Source of the DNA: Candidatus Poribacteria bacterium | Lineage (GTDB): Bacteria; Poribacteria; WGA-4E; WGA-3G | DNA length: 64,000 nt | Reading direction: 5' to 3' | NCBI GenBank assembly: GCA_965205025.1 | Contig: CBDBFU010000012.1 | Span: forward strand, 96,001-160,000 | Shown: positions 50,468 through 59,727 of the stretch, in pieces | How the letters are laid out: every line of letters begins with the position of its first letter | Numbering within the stretch: the stretch's first letter is position 1 | Notes under the pieces: model-generated | Database searches by the model: none | What the model was told of the DNA's origin: nothing | The model's input: only the letters and a program-made list of their open reading frames with translations | Program-made: the position numbers and the translations under genes

Positions 50468-51845
50468 ATGGCAAAACGAGAAGAATTTATAGATGCAATC
50501 AATTTGTTTAGATCTGCCTCACAGTCCATTTCGGTAGAACAACGGATAGGACTTTTACAACAAGCTGTACAAGAGTATGGACTATCAATAGAAGAAGCAG
50601 AGGGGATAATCAAAGAAACAGGATTAAATGTCGGTGGTGCTATTAATTACTTTAGAGTCTTAGGTTTGTCAAATCACGAATTTGAAAATCTGAACGAAAC
50701 CACTATTACATCAATTATAGATGACGCACATAAACAACATTATACAGAATCATTAAGGGCAGGTGGCCTTCCTCGTCCTGATGGGAGAACCCAAGAACAG
50801 TGGAGAAATATCTTAAATCACGCACGCGATACTTTAATTGATCCACATAAACGCGAAGAATATCTATCACAATTATTGAGTGAAGAAGATTCATCTGATA
50901 GTCTCATTAATGATGTGTCCAACAATAATACCACTGATACGGAAATCTATAATCAGAATCATAACCAGACAGTCTCAATTGATAATAAAGCACAATTAAA
51001 TACATGCACCTTCGATTGTAAAAAATAAAAAAGTATTTACCCATCATGAATCACCTGCAAATATGGTACAAATCCCTGCTGGTGACTTCAGAATGGGTAG
51101 TAATAATGAAAAAGTTAGTAATAGAGAAAAACCTGCACATGTCGTGTATATTGACGAGTTTTTTATAGACACTAATTTAGTTACCAATGCAGAATATAAA
51201 GAGTTTGTAGATGCCAATCCACAATGGACAAAACCAACAAAATGGTTTCACTTAGAGAAAAAGATGAAATCTTATATACCTGAGAAATACCATGATGGTG
51301 ATTATCTAAAACATTGGAATGAGAATACATATCCTGATGAGAAAGCAGAACATCCTGTGACATGGGTGAGCTGGTATGCCGCAATGGCGTATGCTGAATG
51401 GGTGGCTAAACGTCTCCCAACAGAGGCAGAATGGGAAAAAGCTGCACGCGGTGGAATAACTGGACAGAATTATCCTTGGGGAGAATCAATTGATTATACT
51501 AAGGCTAATTATAATAGCTATATTGGTGAAACAACTTCTGTCGGTCAGTATCCTGCAAACGGATATGGAATTCATGATATGATAGGAAATGTCTGGGAAT
51601 GGTGTCTTGACGAGTATCAGGAAAATTACTATGCAAGTTCAGAACGCAAGAACCCAATTTGTGGTCCAAATACGGTTGAATCAATAGAATATAGTGATAT
51701 AGATAATAGACATGCACGGGTAATGCGAGGAGGTTCTTGGCTGGATGCCTCTCAATTCGTCCGTTCTGCATCCCGTTACAGGAACACACCTACACGTACA
51801 CTCGCAAGAATTGGGTTTCGTTGTGTCAAGTCTGCAACATCATAA
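50468..51845 (+). pseudogene. J-domain-like module + FGE/SUMF1 domain, paralog 6, split by a +1 frameshift in the linker (ORFs 50468-51028 and 51063-51845)
   Basis: The downstream frame is open from 51000. Deleting one A between 50998 and 51025 fuses the two ORFs. Confidence 0.85.
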
Positions 51846-51907
51846 TCCCGATAACTTCTTCATTGCAAATTTAGTTACACCTACATGTTTAATTACTGGT
51901 GGTACGT

Positions 51908-53299
51908 ATGTCAAATCGTGATGAGTTTATTGCTGTCGTAAATACACTCAAAACACTCTCTAATACAATTACAGATGAACAGAATAGAAGTCTATTACAG
52001 CAGGCAGTCCACGATCATGGTCTCTCAGTAGAAGACGCCTTGGAGATAATCGATTCATTAGGGATAATTGTTGGGGAAAAGATAAACTACTTAGAGATCT
52101 TAGGGTTTTCTATTGAAGATTTAAGTTCACAAGATGAATCTAACATTACTAAAATGCTTGAAATTGCCCATAAAAAATACTACTCTGAATCATTACAGTC
52201 GGGTGGGTTACCACGACAGGATGGGAGAACTCAAGAACAGTGGCGTACAATTCTAAATCAAGCCTATGATACATTGAAAGATCCAATAAAACGCAAGGAA
52301 CATATTGAAACCGTACAAACTGAGTCATCTCATGAGGAGAACACATCAACTATAGTAACCGAAATATCTGAACCTAAAGATACCTCATTACAAGTTGCAG
52401 TTCCAGAAGAAATGGTCTTAATTCCATCTGGGGATTTTCAGATGGGTAATAGTAATGAAAATGCAAATATACGCGAAACACCGGTACATATTGTCAATAC
52501 TGATGCATTTTATATTGACAAATATCCAATAACAAATGAACAATATAAAGCGTTTATAGATGCAAACCCATTATGGCGGAAACCATCTGAAGGATTGTGG
52601 TTATATCTTCAAAAATGGTATGAAAAAGGGAACGTTCGATTTCGATATAACTACATATATGATAAATATCATGATGGAGTGTATCTGAGACATTGGAGAC
52701 ATAATAGGTTCCCTCTTGAAACAGCTAATCATCCTGTTACCCATGTAAGTTGGTATGCTGCAATGGCGTATGCACAATGGGTTGGCAAACGTCTGCCAAC
52801 AGAAGCAGAATGGGAGAAAGCTGCACGGGGAGGGATAAATGGTCAGAAATATCCTTGGGGTGATTTAATGAATTCCAACATGGCAAATTGTAATGAGGAT
52901 GCAGATAAAACCACACCTATAGGAAAGTATCCTGCAAATAATTTCGGTGTTTTTGATATGGTTGGAAATATATGGGAGTGGTGCATTGATGAATATGTAA
53001 TGGATTTTTATACATCCTCTACATCTCTGAATCCTATCGCAGGCGTGGACTCAAAGGAGGACTTGGACAATTTCATTCTCAATTTTAGAGACGTAGATAG
53101 TGATCGTGTTTTGCGAGGTGGTACATCCTTTATTTCATCTGAACCTATCCATACTGCCGCACGTTGGGGTGGAACACCTATTCTTACTGAACATATTGCT
53201 TCCTATTCAACTAAGTATTTAGATACATTTTCAAGGCCAATCGCAGCAAACATTGGCTTCAGATGTGTATGGGATACAAACGTAAAAACGAATTCTTAA
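51908..53299 (+). CDS. J-domain-like module + FGE/SUMF1 domain, paralog 7
   Basis: Same architecture. Start set at MSNRDEF by comparison with the paralogs. Two long insertions in the variable loops. Confidence 0.9.
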   Translation: MSNRDEFIAVVNTLKTLSNTITDEQNRSLLQQAVHDHGLSVEDALEIIDSLGIIVGEKINYLEILGFSIEDLSSQDESNITKMLEIAHKKYYSESLQSGGLPRQDGRTQEQWRTILNQAYDTLKDPIKRKEHIETVQTESSHEENTSTIVTEISEPKDTSLQVAVPEEMVLIPSGDFQMGNSNENANIRETPVHIVNTDAFYIDKYPITNEQYKAFIDANPLWRKPSEGLWLYLQKWYEKGNVRFRYNYIYDKYHDGVYLRHWRHNRFPLETANHPVTHVSWYAAMAYAQWVGKRLPTEAEWEKAARGGINGQKYPWGDLMNSNMANCNEDADKTTPIGKYPANNFGVFDMVGNIWEWCIDEYVMDFYTSSTSLNPIAGVDSKEDLDNFILNFRDVDSDRVLRGGTSFISSEPIHTAARWGGTPILTEHIASYSTKYLDTFSRPIAANIGFRCVWDTNVKTNS

Positions 53300-53326
53300 T
53301 TCTTGTTAAATCTAATTTATTAAACA

Positions 53327-55663
53327 ATGAATTCATATCCAAAAGAGAGATTGATTATGAAAAACAAAAATAGTTACATATTATGGTATAACAAACCAGC
53401 ACAAGAGTGGACAGATGCCCTACCCGTTGGGAATGGACGACTTGGGGCAATGGTGTTTGGGGGAGTAGAACAGGAACGGATCCAACTTAATGAAGAGAGT
53501 CTTTGGGAAGGATGTTTTCAGGATACAAATAATCCTAAGGCACTGCAAGCACTTCCAATTGTCCAACAATTGTTGTTTGAAGACAAAAATGATGAAGCCA
53601 CAACACTTGCTGGTGAAACGATGCTGGGTGTTCCACATCGGATAAAATCTTATCAGTCTTTAGGCGATATTATTATTGATTTTACTAATCATAGTGAAAT
53701 TACAGAATATCACCGGGAACTGGATTTAGATACAGGTATAGCAAAGACAACCTATCAAGTCGGTAATGATAATATCAATAGAGAAGTCTTCGCAACTGCT
53801 GTCGATGATATCATCGTTATCCGTATAGAATCCGATTCAGCCAATGCTGTTAGTTTTGATGTTACAATGACACGAGAACAGGATGCCTCGGTTGCATGCA
53901 TATCTGACAAAATCCTTAGACTTGATGGAGAATGTAGTGATGGTGGTCTACGTTTTTCTGCATATCTGAAGGCAAATGTTGATGATGGAAAAATAGAATC
54001 GAATGAAGATAAAATTTCTATTCGTTCTGCAAGTAGTGTAACATTGCTACTGTCTGGTGCAACGAGTTATATTAATCAGAAAGATGCAACGGGTAATCCA
54101 CATGAATTGTGTGAAGGTCATCTGTCATCAGTAGAAAACAAATCTTATGACAAATTACGTTCTGACCACATACAGGAACATCAATCTCTATTTCAAAGAG
54201 TAGACATAAACCTCGGTTCAAGCGATGCGGATAATCTACCTACAGATGAACGTCTAACAAAGGTAAAGGAAGGTGACTCTGACCCAGGGCTTGTTTCACT
54301 ATATTTTCAGTTTGGACGTTATCTTTTAATGGGGAGTTCAAGACCCGGATGTCTCCCAGCCAACCTGCAGGGGGTTTGGAACCATCACATGAAAGCCCCA
54401 TGGAACAGCGATTACCACACCAATATTAATCTACAAATGAATTACTGGGTTCCAGAAGTATGCAATCTCGCTGAATGTCATAAGCCGTTATTTGATTATA
54501 TGGATACACTCGTTGAACCTGGAAGTGAGACAGCAAAACGCCATTATGGTGCAGGGGGTTGGGTAGTTCATCACTTATCTGATATATGGGGATTTACAAC
54601 ACCAGCGGATGGTATTTGGGGGATATCACCTGTAGGTGCTGCATGGTTGAGCGAACATGTATGGGAACATTACCTGTTCGGTGGTGATGAGAAATTTCTT
54701 AGAGAACAAGGTTATCCACTCATGAAAGGTGCCGCACGTTTTATGCTTGATTTTCTAATTGAAGCACCAGAAGGTACACCTTTCGCTGGAAAACTTGTAA
54801 CGAATCCATCCCATTCACCTGAAAACAGTTTTCAAAAAGCTGATGGTACACGTTCACTATTCACTTATGCCGCAACAATTGACCTTGAGATTATACATGA
54901 ACTCTTCACAAATTGCATAGACTGTCTTGATGTACTCGGTATTGACGCGGATTTCCGAGAAGAATTAGTTTCATCTCTGGATCGGTTGGCACCACTACAG
55001 ATTAGTGAAAAAACAGGTAGACTGCAGGAGTGGATATATGACTATGATGAACCGGAACCAGGACATAGACATATGTCACATATGTATGGTCTACATCCAA
55101 GTTGTCAAATAACACTACGTGGCACTCCTGAGTTGGCAGAGGCAGCACGAAAATCTTTGGAATATCGATTGCAACATGGTGGCGGACAAACAGGATGGAG
55201 TCGGGCATGGTTGGTAAATTTCTTAGCACGACTTGAAGACGCAGAAGAAGCGTATAACCATTTACATGCACTCCTTGCAAGGTGTACCTTAACAAACCTG
55301 TTTGATACCCATCCACCATTCCAGATTGACGGAAACTTTGGGGGAACAGCAGGAATTGCTGAGATGCTTATACAAAGTCATGACGGAGAGATTAACCTAC
55401 TCCCCGCACTGCCAAAAGAATGGAATACCGGTTATGTTAAAGGGTTGCGTGCACGCAGTGGGTTTGAAGTGGATATGGAATGGGAAAATGGTACTCTTAC
55501 TAAGTCGATAATTTCTTCTCAACTTGGTAGGGAATGTACTGTTAGAACAACGGAAACTGTTTCGGTGTCGTGTGATAATGAAAAAATTGAATCAATTCAA
55601 TCTAATTCAGTGACAACATTCAGTACAGAGATTGGAAAAACCTACATAATATCTACTACATAG
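53327..55663 (+). CDS. Glycoside hydrolase family 95 (alpha-1,2-L-fucosidase-like)
   Basis: [60 protein letters not shown]. Confidence 0.95.
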   Translation: MNSYPKERLIMKNKNSYILWYNKPAQEWTDALPVGNGRLGAMVFGGVEQERIQLNEESLWEGCFQDTNNPKALQALPIVQQLLFEDKNDEATTLAGETMLGVPHRIKSYQSLGDIIIDFTNHSEITEYHRELDLDTGIAKTTYQVGNDNINREVFATAVDDIIVIRIESDSANAVSFDVTMTREQDASVACISDKILRLDGECSDGGLRFSAYLKANVDDGKIESNEDKISIRSASSVTLLLSGATSYINQKDATGNPHELCEGHLSSVENKSYDKLRSDHIQEHQSLFQRVDINLGSSDADNLPTDERLTKVKEGDSDPGLVSLYFQFGRYLLMGSSRPGCLPANLQGVWNHHMKAPWNSDYHTNINLQMNYWVPEVCNLAECHKPLFDYMDTLVEPGSETAKRHYGAGGWVVHHLSDIWGFTTPADGIWGISPVGAAWLSEHVWEHYLFGGDEKFLREQGYPLMKGAARFMLDFLIEAPEGTPFAGKLVTNPSHSPENSFQKADGTRSLFTYAATIDLEIIHELFTNCIDCLDVLGIDADFREELVSSLDRLAPLQISEKTGRLQEWIYDYDEPEPGHRHMSHMYGLHPSCQITLRGTPELAEAARKSLEYRLQHGGGQTGWSRAWLVNFLARLEDAEEAYNHLHALLARCTLTNLFDTHPPFQIDGNFGGTAGIAEMLIQSHDGEINLLPALPKEWNTGYVKGLRARSGFEVDMEWENGTLTKSIISSQLGRECTVRTTETVSVSCDNEKIESIQSNSVTTFSTEIGKTYIISTT

Positions 55664-55702
55664 TGTTCAAACAAATACATCGGGAGCCTATCCTATTAAA
55701 AG

Positions 55703-55741
55703 CAATAGACTCTATCAATGGAACATTGACGGAGTCTATTG
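55703..55741. terminator. Hairpin, probable bidirectional terminator
   Basis: CAATAGACTCTATCAATG-gaa-CATTGACGGAGTCTATTG between convergent genes. Confidence 0.6.
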
Positions 55742-55780
55742 ATAATTCCAAGATTTATTTAGAAAATATTGTGATGACAA

Positions 55781-56572
55781 CTATTTTGTTTTTAAATTCC
55801 CCCAAGTTGTTGTCAACTTGCCACCTGCTTCAACAGCAGTAATCGCAGAAATTCCATCTTCCATCACAGATTTTACTTCATCATGAGTTAACCCACGTTT
55901 CCATACTTGCATGTCATCCATGAGTCCAGCAAAAGGACGGTTATTATCGATATTATAACCTACACGTGCCCCTTGACCCCAATCACCTGCGATAGGATCT
56001 GGCAATCGCGCTTTTTCCTCACCTACTTTTTCCCCATTAATATATAGATAAGCCATAGCTTCTTCACGACTAAATGTACCAGCGTAATGCACCCACTCTT
56101 TTGGCGTATTTTTACCTGCACGGATATCAAATAATGTTTTACCTGGATTATGTCCCCGATTGAGCCAGCGGAAATTACCACCTCCACGTGCTTCTGGATG
56201 TACTACCCAGGTACCATCTGTTGCACGTGCGTTGAAGAGTGCCATATCTGTAACTGCATCAACATTAATCCACGCGACAATACTCATACCTTGTGTCGGT
56301 ATATGGGCTGGATCAACGTTAGGACCATCCATATCAAGATAACTCCCCGATACAAAATGTCCAGCTTTACCAAATTTACCCGCATTCGCTTGGGTCACAT
56401 CTCCATTGATTGTCCCATCATAACCATGACCGGATTTATCAATAACTTTATTTCCAGAAAATTCTTCAAAATCAAAATAAAAAACTAAATCTTCATCTAA
56501 CACTTTTGCAGACAAACTGCTAATATGGGATGCAAACATCAAACATAGAACTACCAGTATGAAACGTTTCAT
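55781..56572 (-). CDS. Secreted LamG-like jelly-roll protein
   Basis: Signal peptide, YFDFEE..G..V.D.SG, W.H.AGT, LYING, F.G.MDD..VW.R.L. C-terminus AVEAGGKLTTTWGNLK. Confidence 0.9.
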   Translation of the reverse strand: MKRFILVVLCLMFASHISSLSAKVLDEDLVFYFDFEEFSGNKVIDKSGHGYDGTINGDVTQANAGKFGKAGHFVSGSYLDMDGPNVDPAHIPTQGMSIVAWINVDAVTDMALFNARATDGTWVVHPEARGGGNFRWLNRGHNPGKTLFDIRAGKNTPKEWVHYAGTFSREEAMAYLYINGEKVGEEKARLPDPIAGDWGQGARVGYNIDNNRPFAGLMDDMQVWKRGLTHDEVKSVMEDGISAITAVEAGGKLTTTWGNLKTK

Positions 56573-56726
56573 ATAGATTACCCCTTTTACATTTGAATAG
56601 TATCAACCTTTAGATTGCTTATAGTAGATTAGTATAACAAAGTTAAGATTGTAAGGCAAACCAATTTCAATAACATCATTTAATTAATAAAATTGATTCT
56701 AAAAAAATAGGATTATTTTAATATTA

Positions 56727-57058
56727 CCCAAGTTGCTACTAAGGGATTCTGATCGTTTCAACACAGTTTTCAGACACTTTCCTCACCCCAGATGAAGTTA
56801 AAAAAATAAAATAGGTAATTTGGACCCAGAGCTGGTAGGTGTGGTTTCCTAACCGCACCATAGGCGTCAATTTAGGAGAAAAAATGTTGTATCCCAGGCC
56901 GGTAGGTGCGGTTTCCCAACCGCACTATTAGGCCTCAATTTTAGACTATGACTTTATTGGTTTTGAGTCCCGTAGGGACGGAATGTCTATAGAAAAAGGT
57001 ATATCAACATCCTGCACTCCAGCGGAGTGCTATGTAAGTAAATAGGTGGCAACTTGGG
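56727..57058. mobile_element. Composite non-autonomous element with 13-bp TIRs and TTA flanks, containing nested REP/MITE pieces
   Basis: tta-CCCAAGTTGCTAC...GTGGCAACTTGGG-tta. Inside are two GTAG-GTG(C/T)GGTT..AACCGCAC hairpins and one GCACTCCAGCGGAGTGC. Confidence 0.65.
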
Positions 57059-57193
57059 TTAATTACCATTAACCCAATCATGGTATTATTGGTAGAATTC
57101 AATTGAAAAAGCACACCCATCCTGCCAATTCTTTTAACTTGATTAATCAAAAATAATTATGTAAATTATGACAAGAAATTAGGAGAACCCAGA

Positions 57194-58975
57194 ATGAAAA
57201 TATCACCAATAGATTGGGCTATAATTATCGGCTATATCCTCTTTGCGTTAGGTCTGGGAATCTATTTCTCCAAACGTGCCGGTAAGAATATAAGTGAATT
57301 CTTCATCTCTGGTCGAAACCTACCTTGGTGGCTTGCTGGCACCTCAATGGTCGCAACTACCTTCGCATCAGACACACCCCTTGCGGTAACCGAAATCGTT
57401 GTAAAGGATGGTATATCCGGTAATTGGTTATGGTGGAATGCGGTCTTGAGCGGAATGTTAGCAACATTCCTTTTTTCTCGATTATGGCGTCGTTCTGAAA
57501 TCATCACCGATGTTGAATTCACAGAGTTACGCTATTCAGGACCATCAGCAAGTTTTCTACGGGGTTTCCGTGCATTATATATAGGACTGCCAATTAACTG
57601 CATTACAATGGGGTGGGTTATCCTTGCAATGCAGAAAATCGTTGTGATTACCTTTGACCTACCTGATACGACCTATACCAAAATCCTCGTCGTATTAGGA
57701 TGTCTCATAATTGCAGGAATCTATTGTGCTTTATCAGGATTTTGGGGTGTTGTTATGACCGACCTTGTCCAATTTGGAATGGCAATGATCGGTTCATTCT
57801 CTCTGGCAATTATCGCTATAACTAAAATTGGTGGTATAGGTGCATTAAAAGATAAACTGGTACAAAACTATGGAGTAGAACACAATATACTGAATTTCAA
57901 TCCCGACTTCAGCACCGGGAAAATGGCAATAATTACCTTTGGTGTATATCTCGGAATGCAATGGTGGGCATCAAATGGTGTGGATGGAAGTGGGTACATA
58001 GCACAGAGAATGTTTGCTGCGAAAAATGAACGACATACACTCCTCGCAACACTTTGGTTTAACATAGCACACTACACTCTTCGACCTTGGCCCTGGATCC
58101 TTGTGGCTTTGGTAGCAATGGTGGTCTATCCGGGTATAGGGAATCCTAATCATATTGATCCTTCATTACAGGATCCTGCCGCAGGATATGTTCTGTTAAT
58201 GCTTGATTATTTACCTGTCGGTCTACTGGGGTTAATGCTTACTGCATTCTTAGCTGCCTTTATGTCTACGATTGATACCCATCTGAATTGGGGAGCATCC
58301 TACCTTGTGAATGATTTTTATAAGAGGTTTATTACCCCCGATGAAACACCTGAACATTATGTTGCCATCTCCCGTTTATCTGTAATTCTGATAATGGTTT
58401 TCGCTGGTATAACAAGCCTTTTCATGGATTCAATTGCAGGTGCTTGGAAGTTTCTGATTGCTTTGAATGCTGGAATTGGACTTGTTCAAATATTAAGATG
58501 GTATTGGTGGCGAATAAATGCTTGGTCAGAAATATCTGCTATGGTCGCAGCTTTAATCGTTTCATTTTGTGTCTTTATTATTCCAGCAACCAAAGATCAA
58601 TTCGCACTTCAAATGCTGATTATTGTTCCAATCTCAACATTAGTTTGGTTAGTTGTTACATTTATCACACAACCCGTTTCCACGGCAACATTGATGAATT
58701 ATTACAAGAAAGTAAGACCGTCAAGATTAGGTTGGAATCGGATTATCAAAATAATAAATAGTGAAGATAAAACCACAACTATTGAACCTGATTCAAGTGG
58801 AATTCCTCCAATGATAAATTGGATAATTGGCGTGATTTTCATATATTCTCTTTTATTTGGTATAGGAAAGTTCATCTTAGGATTTACTGCTATAGGTATG
58901 TTATATCTATTTATTGCAATTATCTCAGGGTATATCATATATGTGAATTTACCTCGTGAAGAGAAAGACACTTGA
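57194..58975 (+). CDS. Sodium:solute symporter (SSS) family transporter
   Basis: DW.II..Y, EFF.SGRNLPWW.AGTSMVATTF, QR..AAKNE, AAFMST. About 13 TM helices. Confidence 0.92.
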   Translation: MKISPIDWAIIIGYILFALGLGIYFSKRAGKNISEFFISGRNLPWWLAGTSMVATTFASDTPLAVTEIVVKDGISGNWLWWNAVLSGMLATFLFSRLWRRSEIITDVEFTELRYSGPSASFLRGFRALYIGLPINCITMGWVILAMQKIVVITFDLPDTTYTKILVVLGCLIIAGIYCALSGFWGVVMTDLVQFGMAMIGSFSLAIIAITKIGGIGALKDKLVQNYGVEHNILNFNPDFSTGKMAIITFGVYLGMQWWASNGVDGSGYIAQRMFAAKNERHTLLATLWFNIAHYTLRPWPWILVALVAMVVYPGIGNPNHIDPSLQDPAAGYVLLMLDYLPVGLLGLMLTAFLAAFMSTIDTHLNWGASYLVNDFYKRFITPDETPEHYVAISRLSVILIMVFAGITSLFMDSIAGAWKFLIALNAGIGLVQILRWYWWRINAWSEISAMVAALIVSFCVFIIPATKDQFALQMLIIVPISTLVWLVVTFITQPVSTATLMNYYKKVRPSRLGWNRIIKIINSEDKTTTIEPDSSGIPPMINWIIGVIFIYSLLFGIGKFILGFTAIGMLYLFIAIISGYIIYVNLPREEKDT

Positions 58976-59727
58976 AAAGTATAGGTATCATTCCCGCACG
59001 ATATGCATCATCTCGGTTTGAGGGTAAACCTTTAGCTGATATATTTGGTAAACCGATGATACAACATGTATACGAGGGAGCATGTAGATCAAAGTTTCTT
59101 GATCAAGTGATCGTTGCTACCGATGATAAACGAATCTACGATGTCGTTAAGAATTTTAACGGAAATATTGTGATGACTTCTGAGTGTTCAACTGGAACGG
59201 AACGGGTTGCCGTCGTTGCTAAAGAGTTGAAATGTGATATCGTACTCAACATACAAGGTGATGAACCATTACTTGAACCTGAACATATTGATCTAATGCT
59301 TCAACCCTTCTTAACAACACCATCTATTCAAGTATGTACATTAAAGGAGAGAGTTCATTCTATTGAGGATTATCTGGACCCAAACGTCGTTAAAGTTGTT
59401 ACAAATCTTAACGGATATGCGTTGTATTTTTCAAGAAGTTCTCTGCCACATATTCCTGATAAAAATCAGAATGAGATAGACAAATTCAAGCATATATATA
59501 GGCATATCGGTTTATACGCCTATCGGAGAGAACAACTTCTTGAATTCATTACATGGGAATCTACCCCTAATGAAAAAGCCGAAGGCTTAGAACAGTTACG
59601 ATTTTTGGAACACGACGTAGATATACATGTCGTTGAAACGGATAAACCCCTTATTGGAGTTGATGTTCCTACAGACTTAGATCGGGTAAAACATTTCTTA
59701 GAAAAGAGAGGTATCGAAAGAAAATGA
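58972..59727 (+). CDS. kdsB: 3-deoxy-manno-octulosonate cytidylyltransferase
   Basis: IIPARYASSRF.GKPL, ATDD.RI, GTER, NIQGDEP, ALYFSR, HIGLYAY, E.LEQLR. Confidence 0.95.
   Translation: MKSIGIIPARYASSRFEGKPLADIFGKPMIQHVYEGACRSKFLDQVIVATDDKRIYDVVKNFNGNIVMTSECSTGTERVAVVAKELKCDIVLNIQGDEPLLEPEHIDLMLQPFLTTPSIQVCTLKERVHSIEDYLDPNVVKVVTNLNGYALYFSRSSLPHIPDKNQNEIDKFKHIYRHIGLYAYRREQLLEFITWESTPNEKAEGLEQLRFLEHDVDIHVVETDKPLIGVDVPTDLDRVKHFLEKRGIERK

Noticed and set aside
43789-53299. FGE array as sulfatase-maturation enzymes for the nearby sulfatases
   Set aside because: The catalytic CxxxxC pair after RGGS is absent in all seven copies, and all are fused to the J-like module.
43789-53330. Diversity-generating retroelement acting on the CLec-fold genes
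   Set aside because: No reverse transcriptase and no template repeat are visible in the window, and differences between paralogs are not adenine-specific. A trans-acting DGR elsewhere cannot be excluded.
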